Assembly: GCA_030704615.1 (NCBI GenBank)
Contig: CM060734.1
Location: 17,298,001-17,362,000, forward strand
Length of the DNA stretch: 64,000 nucleotides
Origin: Takakia lepidozioides
Lineage: Eukaryota; Plantae; Bryophyta
Direction: 5' to 3'
The notes under the pieces were generated by a model. It worked only from the letters and a program-made list of their open reading frames with translations. It had not been told where the DNA came from and did no database searches. Below, piece after piece: positions 22,971 to 35,400 of this stretch. The first letter of the stretch is position 1, and each line of letters begins with the position of its first letter. A program made the translations under genes and the position numbers.

Positions 22971-25900
22971 CTAGTAGCCTTTTAACTTGTTAATATTAAT
23001 TCGTCCCACAAATTCTTGTTCCAAGGTTTGCAAATCAACAGTTCCATTGTCATGTACCCTTTTGATTTGAAATGGTCCCATCCATGGCATTTTCAATTTT
23101 CCGCCCAGTTTGATCTTCTTGATTTTTGGTAACCATAATACAATATCCCCGTCCTGGAAAGATTTCTCTTTCCCTTCGGATATTCTTTTCCTTCGTTGTT
23201 CCTGGATCCGTGCCATATTATCTGTGGCATCTGCTCGAACTTCTTCCAGATGGAATAATTCATATTCCCTGACTCGTAATGATTCTTCTAAGCCCCATCC
23301 CGGTTCGTAGTGTGGGTATTATACATTCAATGGGTAATAGTGCCTCTGCTCCATACACCAGTTGAAATGGTGTATGCTTCGTGGTCACCTTGTATGATGT
23401 CCTGAATGCCCATTGTGTTGTGTTCAATTTGGTGTCCCAATCTGTACGATTGGCATTTACTATCTTGGTTAAGATAGTGCATAATATTTTGTTGGTAGAT
23501 TCGGCCTGACCGTTTCCTTGAGGATAGTAATTAGTACTCTTGTGATGTACAATCATGAACTCCTCCGTCAAGCATTTTATAGCATCATTTATGAAGTGTG
23601 ATCCCTGATCACTGACGAATTCTAGTGGGCAACCAAATCGTGTGATGATGTTTTCATATAAGAATTTGGTTATTGATCTGGCAGTGTTGTCTCTTAGTGC
23701 CTTGGCCTCTACCCATTTGGTAGTGTAGTCAGTGGCTGTGAGGATGTATTGGTTTTGTGTGTACCTTGCTTGAGGTTTAATGGGTCCCACGAAGTCTAGC
23801 CCCCCAGTGCTGAAATGGTTCTGTTGGTAGTATTGGGTGCAGAGTCCCCTTCCCCGTTCGTTCTATTGGTCCCATCCTCTAGCAGACATCACACTGTTGA
23901 CAGTGTTCATAAGTATCTCCAGATATAGTAGGCCACTAGTAGCCTGCTAGTAATATTTTCTTTGCTGTCAGGTCCGAATTGAAGTGTCCACCTGCAATTC
24001 CTTCGTGTAGTTCTTGCATTATTGTTTTGGCTTGGTCTTTGTTTACACATCTTCTCATTATGGAGTCAATTCCTCTTTTGTACAGAATCCCTTTGATTAA
24101 TGTGTATGGCTTGCTTTTCATTGAAAGCTTCCTCCTGTCATCTTTGGTGTAACCTTTAGGAAATTTCCCTGTGTTCAAATAGTATTTGATTGGCCATTGC
24201 CAATCATCTTGATCTTGATCTTGAATATCTTCTGATTCTTCTTTGGTGACTGTATAAGCTCCAATACTGATATTGGCCAATTCTTGATTGTTTGTTTCTT
24301 CGTTTTCCTTGTCATCTTCTTCTTGTGGATCTGGCTCTTCTTCAATAATAAGTCCTTCATCAAGAGGTTCATCTTCATCGGATGAATCTTCTTCTTCATC
24401 CGTGTCGTCCATGAGTTTGAGAGCATCTGGAAGGTCATAGTCTCCTTGAAACATTCCCAGAGCATTTATAGGATCTGTCTCTTCATCTGGTGCTTCTAGT
24501 TGAACAACAAACAAATGCATCGGGAAGTTGATCCTCTACCCCCGTGGCTGGTTCTCCTGTAGTAATCCTTGACAGATGATCTGCTGTAACATGTAATCTC
24601 CCTAGATTATGAACAACTTCAAAGTCATGTTCATGAAGAAGTAATAACCATCGAGCAACCCTGCCACTAGCTAGTGGTCGATTTGCTAGATGAACTAGAG
24701 CCTGATGATCAACAATAAACTTAAAGCGATTGCCAAGTAAATAATGCCGAAATTTTTGAACAGCATAAATCATTGCCAATTCTTCCCTTTCTGTGGTGCT
24801 ATAGTTCTTTTCTGCTGCTGTCAACAATCTGCTTGCATAATAGATTGGTGAATCTATTGTGCCTGTCACATTCTGAGCTAGAACCGCTCCCAAAGCAATG
24901 CGTGATGCATCACTGTGTACATGAAATGGTAAATCCCATCTTGGATTTATCAGAATTGGTGCTGCTGTGAGTGCCCTTTTTAGTGAATCAAATGATTCCT
25001 AGCAATCTGGAGACCATGGATATTTGGCATCTTGCTTCAGCAGTCTATAGACTGGTGCCGCTCTGTGAGCATATTTGTCCATGTATCTTCTGTAATAGCT
25101 CGTCTGTCCCATAAATCTCTTGAGTTTCTTGGGATTTTCTGGTGGTGGTATTTTCTGGATAACCTCCACTTTCTTTGGATCTACCAGAATTCCCTGTTGG
25201 CACACAATGTGTCCCAATAATGATCCTAAATTCACACAGAATGTACATTTTTCCGGGTTGAGACTTACTCCATTGTTTCTGCAGGCTTGTAGGCAAAGTT
25301 TTAACTGTGCCAAATGTTTGGATTTCTGTCCAAAGACACTGAAATCATCCAAAAATACCTGCATAAAATCATTGAGATAGTTCTTGAATATCTCAGATAC
25401 TGCTCGTTGAAATGTGGCTGGTGCATTGCAAAGTCCAAATGGCATGACTTTGTAAGCATATGCTCCCCATTCACTGATGAATGCGGTCTTTTCTCGGTCT
25501 TCTTCTGCCATCTGTACCTGGTTGTACCCACTAAACCCATCCATGAATGAGTACATCTCATGTCCAGCCACTGTGTCCAACACTATTTCAGTGAAAGGTA
25601 GTGGAAAATGGTCTTTCTTGGTTCCTGCGTTTAACTTGCGGTAGTCCACACACACTCGTAGTTTTCCATTTTTCTTGGGTACTATCACAATGGGCGATAA
25701 CCATTGTGGTGTCTCTACTGGGTATATGAATCTTGCTGTAGTGTGAAAAGAAGGGGGCATAAATCCCCTTCTGTGTAATTCTAACTGTACTTCTTCCAGT
25801 AAAAAAAACAACCTAGCAATCTACCAGCGGCACACGGTTATGGGTTTCCCTCCTATCGTTCATGATCAGAGTTCATAAATCCTCATCCACGCCGCAGCGG

Positions 25901-28900
25901 AAGAGAAAACATGGATGGGGATTGAATCCTTCTTGTTCATAATTTACACAATCTTTATACAATTGCAGCACCAATGGTGCTGCTGTGATATTTTCAGTGA
26001 TACAACCAGCCCTGTGACGGAGCTAAATGCGACCCATGTGGGCATCACCCTTGAGCAACACACGTCGAAACCCCTTTTGTAATGAAATCACTGATAAGAG
26101 GAAGGCAACTCAGATCTGCCATGAATTATAGGCCTAGTGATTCTCTGCAGATGTCATGGTTTTTCCTCTATCTCCCAGTTGACCATCCCTCATTACCCCT
26201 TTTACTGAGCAGCTCTCTCCCTTCCCAAACTTTTTCTCTCTCCTTCCTGCTGTAAAATTCCATGGCTCATTTTCTTCCAACCAGCAGCCTATCTACATGC
26301 AATGCAAACACATTCAGCCATGTATCCAGTGAATCTAGCCTTGAAATCAAACCTTGGTCACACAAGACATGATCAGCTCTTCCATCAGTCTTTCTCTCAC
26401 CCAAAACAGACCCTTCACACTTTGCCTCCTCCAGGGACAACCCAGTTTGTCAGTCAGTTCCCAACCCTTCTACAGATCTGCATCTAAACACCCCAACAGC
26501 TCACTTTTGCCCTTTCAGATTTGAACCACAGAGTTCAAATGCTGAGTCCACTCTGAACCAGTTCTAAACTCCACATCAGTGTCAGTTTGCAGCCCCATCC
26601 ACCTCTTCCTCTTTCTGATTTCAAAGAGGTTACAGCTAACCCTCACTAGTGCTCACATCAACTACACTGGATTGCATTACATCTAATCATCAAAATCCCA
26701 GAGCCCCATTGTATGCAGATTCATGATACTGAAGCCAAAGGAACAAAAACAAAACAAACAGCAAGCATTTTGTCACAGTGGGTGAACTACATCTGCCCTC
26801 AATCAACACTCCTACAGACATGTGCATCAGATCCATTCATCTCCACCCACCCCATCCTGGTTTGAAGTCCAGAGTCCCCATTCCATTTCTCAAAGTCTTT
26901 TTCCTGTCCTCATCACACTCTCAGTTTGAGAGTCTCTACCAAAATTTCACAACAACGATTCCTAAGTGCCAAAAAGAAGAAGCATGGTATCTACGAACTT
27001 ATCTGTCTTATACTCCAGGTGAAGCGGTGGGTCTGCCTGCCCAAAATGGCACCTCACCATCTCCGTCAGCAGCTACCTTAACTCCTCTTGTCGTCTGGAT
27101 TTGACGATTCTAGCGTTCATTAAGTCATGACGGCCCTGCTTTAGCCTATGGCAACACCCCTGTAGCTTGCCAACTAACTACCCTATCTCACTATCTAAGC
27201 AAATCTACCCTAAGATCTGATATGATCTTATAACAAGAAGACAGTGATCATCTGAAAGCTTCCTGCATCTGTACATTCCACTCTTTACCTCCTTATTTGA
27301 TAACCTGAGTCACCATCCACAAGCCAATCCCTCATTCGCTTTGGCAGATGCTCGTTATGTCGAGCTGCTCTTCATCCTAACTCTCCATTGATTGTGCCAG
27401 CAACTCCACCTCCCTGTTCTCTGGCAGCTGGCCGTTTCCCTTGCATGTTCATCCTCCCATGATCATGTTCATCAAGGCAATGGCGGCTCTGGTGGTTGCA
27501 CAAGATTCGTGACAGCACCGCCTCCCTTCACCTGGCTTGAGCACAACTCTTCCAAGCTGTTCCCTGCACGATTATCCTCCAGCAAGCCCTAAGCTACCCA
27601 TTCACCATAGCAGCGACTGCACCACCTGTTAACTGATTGCTCCATCGCATGCCACACCGATCTCCCTGTAAGCATATCCTCCAGAAATTGATCATTACCA
27701 AGAAGATGGCGGCACCGCTTCCCCTGCTGCACAAATTACCAAGCTGTGCCCTTATACTCTACATTAACACTTCTCTTAATGCAAGCCAGAATGCCCCAGT
27801 GTAGATGCAATCGCCCTTCACACAATGCCCTGCCAATTCCACTGTTCGCAGCATCTGCTCAGAGCGCCCGTCATCTTCCCCTTCGTCTTCCTCGTCCCAC
27901 GTTTCTAGGGTAATCACCAGTGATGAAAGTCATCCATTTTCACGAACGGAAAACGTGCTAGATTTCATTAACAGAGTTAATTACAAATTCATTGCATCCT
28001 TGGCACTGGATCCTTCGTCCTCGTTCCTGGGAGTCATCCAGAGAGCATGGATGTAATCCATTCATCCTCCGGATGAAAACACGCCTGGTCACGACTTAGC
28101 CACTTTCATCCTGGCAAAGTATCAGCATAGTGTGCCCATGAAATAACCTGTAGGCAGGGATGAATTCCGCCCATAGCATGTATGAAATAATTTAAGCATC
28201 TTCATCCTGGCCAATAGTCCCCCATCGTTCCCATGATGTAACCAAGAAACATGTATGGAATAAATTGCAGGGACAACTCAACCTATTTTCACATTGGTAC
28301 CAGGGCCCTTCTTTTGTAGCAATGCAGAATCTCAGTGGGTAAAACAAAAATTTAATGTCACTCCCCTGCATTCACACTACACTGCATCCAGTAACTTCTT
28401 GATTTCTTCCCAAACTTTAGCTGCATAGTTGGGGTTCATTCTGTAACGGTTCTGACGAATTGGTTTTGTGTCAATTTCCAATTCAATTCGGTGTTGACAA
28501 ATGTTAGAAGGTATACCCTTCAAATCCTTGTAGTTCCAGGCAAATACATCCTTGTATGCAGTGAATAATGCGGTGGCTTCTTGTAGAAATGATTCTTCAA
28601 GACCTGCACTCACTCGTATTATCTGTGGTTCTTCCACTGTTCCCAGATTCACTTGAATCAATTGAGTTTCGTCCGTTACTGTCCATCCTGCAATCTCTTG
28701 TCCGATGGTTGCAATTGTGGCAGGTACTTCACTGATTTGAATGTCTTCTTCCCTTTCTTGATAGAACTGGGCCGGGTGTTGAGGTGTGTCCATCGCTTCT
28801 TCCTCTGGATCTTCATTTCTCGAAGTATTTGGTTCTCCTTGGGTGTTCACCATGTGACATCCTACTGTTGTGGTATGCTTGACCACCAGTTGTCCAATAG

Positions 28901-29912
28901 GTTCCAACTGTGGATGTGCTGCGTATACTGTGGCTTCTTCTTCATCCGACAGTCCACTGGACCAATCATATTCTTCCACTATGCAAGGTCGTTTCTCTCG
29001 TGGAATGGTACCTCGTTGCTTCGTCGTGATGGTGACTTGTTCTGCTCTCTTTTTGATTGTGAGAGTCTGACTTCCCCAATCGTGGTGTGATTGGGCTTGT
29101 GTTAACCATGGTCGGCCAAGTAGTAGTGAATATCCCTCTACCACATCCTCCATTCTGAGAATGGTTACTGATATTTCGTATACCAGTCCTGCTACTTCCA
29201 TTGCAAGTCGTATGATGATCTCCAATGGCTGTACTTTTCGTTGATCAGCCATTCGTACCGTGAATGGAGCAGGTTCCATGTGCCCCAATCCTAATGACTT
29301 CTTCATCTTTTTTGTCATGATATTCACTCCGGATCCTCCATTGATGAGTACATTCGTTACCATCTTCCGTTCAATACGTACTTGTATTACAGGTATTGCT
29401 TCGTCGTAATCTGGAGTTTGTCGTATAGTTGTGGGTTTAATCGTGTAAACCTTTGGTGCTGGTTTTTGTTTTGGTGTGGGGGTCAATGCCTCGATTGCCC
29501 GAAATAAAGTTTTCTTGCAGTGTGGAGCAATTTTTAATAATTGTCCAATGGTAATTTGGGTCTTGGTCTGGCAGATTACTTCAGCCAATTCTGTTTCCGT
29601 GGTTGTATTCATGGTCTTCATCGTTGGTCTGATTTGCTTATCTGGAGTTGGCTCTCCAAAAGGTATATGAGTTCCCTCTTGCATTTGAGCTATGGCTTTA
29701 CTTACTTCCTGGTGTAAGTTCTTTTCCTCCCGCCATGCTGCACTTTCTGGATATTGTTTCCGTTCTTCTTCAATCGCCTTATCTGGAGGTTTCTGTTTCT
29801 TGGCCTGAGTTCGGGTTACCGCAAGAGTATCCACTACAGGGGTTACCACACTTACGGCTACACTTGGTCCGGCTTCCATATTTCCCACTTCTGCCTCATG
29901 CTTGATTCGCAA
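22971..29912 (-). pseudogene. pol: pol of element B (protease, RT, RNase H, integrase), disrupted; RT interrupted at 25737-28381
   Basis: LRVCVDYRKLN, YSFMDGFSGYNQ, MPFGLCNAPATFQR and VFLDDF (RT); NYSTTERE (RH); H...[21 protein letters not shown] and GPF (integrase). Confidence 0.95.
25737..28381 (+). mobile_element. TGTAGTGTGAA-TIR non-coding element, copy 2, inserted in RT of element B
   Basis: Same termini as copy 1. Flanks TTGC/CTGC (4-bp TSD with one mismatch). Splits the RT peptide LLDA|RFIYP. Confidence 0.9.
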
Positions 29913-30047
29913 CTGGCATTCATGTTTCCAGTGTCTCTCTTTCTTGCAATAGTGGCATCTCGTGCTTTCTTTGTTTCTGGGTTGATGTTCCCTATCCCTT
30001 GGTGGATATTCATTTCATGGCCTCTGATAATGATTACCCATGTTGTA

Positions 30048-31167
30048 TCATCTTGGTTCTTCCGATCCTCCCCGTCGGATTTGGACTTGGTGTACCCCCA
30101 CCTCTCGTGTGTGCCCAGTCTTCTTGGCCCATTGGTTGTAAATACAATGGCTGGTATTATGATTGTTCATATGACAAATATCACAATATTTGTCCTTCAT
30201 ATGGCATTCTGTTGCCAGGTGTCTTGCAGTCCCGCATTTGTGACACCATGTTGCCTTTCGTGGCCCTTCATCTTTAAAATTCTTGATAGCCTCTACTATC
30301 TTCTGATCCAAAGTGGTTTTGTCAATCACTTCTTTCTTCTTTTGCTTGGGCTTTTCTTCATCATCAGAGTCTTCTTCTTCCAAGATCCTTGGAATCTTTG
30401 CTTCTGCTCTGATGGAATCCCAATTCCAACTTCTTTGCAGTCCCTACTGCTTCAGCCAATGTGTTGTTAGGCATGACTGTAACCATGGTTACGTATTCAG
30501 GACGAAGTCCATTGATGAACCATGATTTTTGCAAATCATCCCCTGGTGCTCGAGGTAGTTTCCTGATCAAAGTCCTCATTCTCTCCAAGTAGTCGACTAC
30601 CAATTCTTTCTTTTTCTGTCTTAGGTTCTGTAATCCTGTGAAGATTTCAGACGTGGATTTGTTGGATCTATATCTTTCTTGAAACGCGGCTCTCATATCC
30701 GCCCAATTCGCAAAGTGATTGGCTGGGAAAGTTGCCAACCATTCAATGCCTTTTCGGGCCATTGAACAAGGAAATAGTCGGATCTTCTCTTGGTCTGTTG
30801 CTTCATTGTAAATGGTGCACATGTTTTCAAATTGATTAAGATGGATATCTGGATCAGATTTCCCATCATATAAAGGAAATGGTGGTCTGGTTTTGCTTGC
30901 TGCTAAAGCCATCGGTGCAGCTGGTGCAACTGGTGCTGCTGGTGCAACTGGTTGTCCAAACTGGGATGGTCCCGCTGCTGCTGGGTGTGGTGGTGTTGGT
31001 GTTTGTCTTCCAAACAGTGATTCAAAGCTAGGAGGTCCTTGTCCCAATGATAGTCGTCTTCCAGCTGCTGTCCCTACTAAGCTTAATGAATCTTTAAAAG
31101 CTTTGAGTGCAGTTCTGGTTATCCTTTCTGGAGAAGTGCTTTCACTTCTTTCACCTTCTTCACTCAA
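30048..31167 (-). pseudogene. gag: gag of element B (frameshifted)
   Basis: YDGKSDPDIHLNQFE...LFPCSM...QKKKE...WFINGLRPE, followed by two CCHC knuckles in 30048-30383. Confidence 0.9.
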
Positions 31168-31559
31168 AATGGTCTCAAATCTTTCTTCTAATATTTCAGC
31201 AAAACCTCTATTTGGGCTTGTTACTGTAGAAGGTCCTTCAGATCATTCTTGTGGTAACCATTCACCAATTACATTACTAGCAACTTCTTCTGGTGTAGTG
31301 TTCCCACTTCCCACCGATCCAATTTCCTGATCTTCTGGTTTATCACCGTTTGATGTCTTACCTTGAATAATTTTCAAGTTCTGTAATTATGGGAACTCTT
31401 CTCTTAACTGAGCCTCCTTTTCTGCAGCATATTTCTCTATTCGTTCAACTCTGTCTTGTTTAGCTTTTTCTTTAATTTCCTCATTCATTCCCACATCATA
31501 TGTAGAATTTGTTTTTGGTACCCTTTAAAACAGTCTTGGTATGTCAGTAAAGAAAATTT

Positions 31560-32090
31560 ATAGTGTCTCTACCCTTTCTTCAAGATTCATCCTATCTTGC
31601 AAGAATCCGTATTACGACTTAATTTTCCTTTTTACTGATTGATCACCAAACTTTTAATGGGCACAATAATACCATCTGTCTTTTTCAATGTATCTGACTT
31701 GCAATAAGTCTTTGGGTATCCAATACTTCTATGATCGTGTGACAATATTCATAATTTGAACATCATTCTCTGAAAATATAACTAGTGTAACAAACTTTTC
31801 TGATTGGGATTAGAGTAATCAATAGAGCTAGACGAGACAACCACTCTTCACTTCTAATCCTACATTCCCAAGGTGCTCGTGTAATATTGATCACTCCTCC
31901 CTTCAATCCCCATTTGTCATCTTCTTTCGCGACTGACAGAAAGATTTTCTGTTGTATTGCTCTTGGTAAACCATGAAAATTTTTCAGGAATGTTTTCCAT
32001 TCCTTTGCTTCTGTTGACTCGTTCTGTCGTGATTTCAAGAAATCACTGAGTAACCATCCTTCTTTGAGTACTTTTGAACTCAACATACCG
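31560..32090 (-). pseudogene. Extra 5' ORF of element B, homologous to the family A extra ORF
   Basis: FLKNFHGLP...KWGLKGGVINI...WLSRLALLITLIPIRKV...YWIPKD aligns with family A FFQRFLELP...EWGLEKGVIKI...WLPTLVYVIALLSIKRV...NWIPKD. Confidence 0.6.
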
Positions 32091-32094
32091 TTAG

Positions 32095-32112
32095 TCCCCA
32101 GTATGGTCGCCA
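32095..32112 (-). promoter_or_regulatory. Primer-binding site of element B (TGGCGACCATACTGGGGA)
   Basis: Lies 2 nt after the LTR end ...GGTTAACA and is identical to the family A PBS. Confidence 0.88.
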
Positions 32113-32494
32113 AATGTTAACCGCTGGTTTATGACTTAGACAAAACAGGCTATTAACACTACTGCCCATTTCCTAAGACATGCAACAGAGGTTGTCCTAT
32201 GCTTTCAGAAACGATTACGAAGTAATCGTTTTAAGAATAGCTAAACCATGAACGTCGGATGAAGCCATATCCCGGGGGCTGCTATTTCATGAGCGGCATG
32301 AGCATGAGCGGAAAAAAAAAAAGCATGAGCAGACCATTGTGAGTCCACGGAAATAGGGTTAGGAGGCACGGAAATAGGGTCATGTGAAGTTGGAATGTGG
32401 CACCAGTGGACTTGAAATGCAACATTTTATTGCAAATTTTGTGGCAAGCCACGTCTATACAAGTGTGTTCTAACTGTCATAGCCGGAATGGGCA

Positions 32495-35400
32495 CTACTC
32501 TCCTACACCCTCCGAGGAACTTGCCCCACCTTCTTCCTCATCCCCCTCATCCCCCTCATCCTCCGAGCTCTGTGATGCATCAGTTCCACTATGCCTCTCA
32601 AAAATCCCGTCCTCTCCTCGGGGGACTGTCCACCTCACCTCCTGGGAATCTTCTGCGTCTTCTCCCCCACTTTCCTCAGCAGAATCCAACACAAATCTAC
32701 GAGCCCGACGGGCTCTAATAGCTGCTGCCTCCTCCCTCATCTTCATTTCTTGAGGCTTGCCTCGTCTAAAATCTGCTGTACACGACTACGTTCGGAACAC
32801 CTCCTAATGGACACCGAAGCAAGCCGGGCAGCATAAGTAGGAAGGATGTACTCCCTTTCTGGACTAGGCATGAAATCCCCCCTGGCAAAAAAAGGCACGT
32901 TCCTCCTGCCCATGAACTCCGGTGTAGACGTCCCTCCGGCAGTACTTGGCATCCTACAGTAAGAACAATCCACTTGAAGAATGTCAATACCAGCACAACC
33001 AGAAAGGGTTTTCAATGAAATAAGAGAGCGGAGGGAGGTGCCTCACAAAATCTGGAGGCAACTTACAATGCCACCACTCACTCGTAAACCGGGGGCTCCT
33101 CGGCCTCGATCCCAACTTCCTCCCCCTGCTCCTTCTCGATTTTTCCTCATCCTCCGAGGATGCCTCTTCCTCTTTCGGCAGACGTTCAGCCGCTGCAAGT
33201 TCCGAGTTGTGGAGGGCAGTATCTGGCTCGAAGGCGAACACATGCCTGTCGGACAACGTCCCTGCCCACATTGAAGCACCTGAGGAACAAAGCGGCGGTT
33301 AATAGTTTGCGGCATGCAATTGCAATGGGGCCAGGGGACAAACTGAGCACGTGAAGGCTTACCCGTGCCGCATGTGAGGTCCAGAATCCGCCCTTGGACA
33401 TCCGAGCACGTCTCCATGAGGGTTTGGATGAAAGCAGGGCTCCGGGTCCGGCTGTACCGCCACGGTTTGCCTGTCTTTGTGTCCTTCGGCATACTAGAGT
33501 GGGGCACATAGTTGTAGAGGACATCGTAGGTTACAGGGTCCACAGCGGCATCAACAAGACGACCGTCGTTGCGGAATTTGAACGTAGACCCTCTCTTCAC
33601 AAAGCAATATGCCTCAAACACCAATGTCTGCACATCCAACAAAGAAGGGATCAATTCCAGGGTCTACTTAACATACACCACAATATGAAGTGAATGCAAT
33701 AGATTGATAACTTACACTTTGGCCCTCTGTTCGCAACCCCTGCGTACTGATGCAGAACCATTTTCTGAGGAGGACCGGGGTGACACTTTTCGGTGTCCAC
33801 CTTGCCACCGCATTCTCTGTGGTCTTCCCTCTCGTGGCAAGGACAACCACACATCCACCGTCATCCAGAAGCATCCCCGCCAGCCCAAACCCGGCTTTCC
33901 AGTAGTCCTCAGTAAACCTGTTCCAGGTGGGCACACCATCCAGGCCCTCCAGCAGCTCCCCATCTGGAATGTCGAGGAGAATCATGTCGCAAGCTCTCTC
34001 CACCTCAACCCCCCCCCGAGTGCTCTTGCAATTCGTGCTCACAGCCGTGAAGAATTCCATCATGGCTTCAAAACCAGGGGTGTCTTTAGGCTCTGTACCG
34101 GCAGCCCTCTCTTGGCTTTCCCCTTCTGCTCCGCCAGAGACTTGTTGTGTGCCACCTTCTTCGCCCTGGCAGCGAGCGTCAAGGAAGCTCTCATTGACGC
34201 ATTGGATGATGGTTGGAGGTTCTAGCTTTGGCCTGTGCGTAAACGTCACCGCCGAATACCGCCGTGTAGGCTCGCCCTCAAATGCCAACTTCTTGGCAGA
34301 GCCAGTCCCACTCCGAACTGACTTGGGAACCCGGACGACCGGTGACTGGGTAGGAGCAACAGCAGTCGCAGGACCTTGAACAAAATCGGCGTCGGAGTCA
34401 CTCTCTTGGGTCCCCTCCTGCGCCTCCTCCGATGCCCCGATGGTTTTCTTCTTTTTGGGTGTTACTGCAGTCACCTGTTTCCTTGTCCTTTTCCTTTGAC
34501 CTTTACTCTTCTCATGCAATTTCTCCTGAATTCCTGCCTGAGCAAGCTCTGCCGCTTTCCTGGAGTTCGCAAGCGCTTTTGCCTCTTTTGCACCCAACGG
34601 AGGCAGCGGAGCCCGGTTTCGTCGGAATTCAGCATCCAGCTTCAATTGAAACTCGGATGGGTCGAGCGAGCCGGGCGGAAGGTCCACATACCAAGGGCAA
34701 TCACGCAAATGTTCCAGATGCCACTCCTTCACAATATCGTCAGTGTACATGGAGTCAGCCCCAGGGTTCCTCCATGCCAGGAAGAATGGTGGCTCGAAAG
34801 ACAGATGACCTTTCTCCAAAAGGGAGAACTTACAGTACCTGCATTCATGAAAAACACAATGAGGTCCGAAAATGGCTAAGTCCCTGAACGGCAATAGGGC
34901 CTACAACTGGAATATGGCGCCGATTTCCACTTCAGGGCCACCCAGTCTAGGGACTTAGCCCGAAAATGGCTAAGTCCCTGAACGGCAATACGGCCTGGAA
35001 CTGGAAAATGGCGCCGAATTTCCAGTTCAGAGCCAGCCAGTCTAGGGACTTAGCCCGAAAATGGCTAAGTCCCTGGACGGCAATAGGGCCTAAACTGGAA
35101 AACGGCGCCGAATTTCCAGTTCCGGGCCAGCCACCCTAGGGACTTAGCCCGAAAATGGCTAAGTCCCTGGACGGCAATAGGGCCTAGAACTGGAAAACGG
35201 CGCCGAATTTCCAGTTCCGGGCCAGCCACCTAGGGACTTAGCCCGAAAATGGCTAAGTCCCTGGACGGCAATAGGGCCCTGGAAAACGGCCGAATTTCCA
35301 GTTCCTGGCCAGCCACCGTAGGGACTTAGACCAAAAATGGCTAAGTCCCTGGACGGCAATAGGGCCTGGAACTGGAGGCGCCGAATTTCCACTTCAGGGC

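Noticed and set aside
11523-28381. The two inverted 2.7-kb copies as giant TIRs of one element
   Set aside because: Each copy has its own TSD and sits in a different host element.
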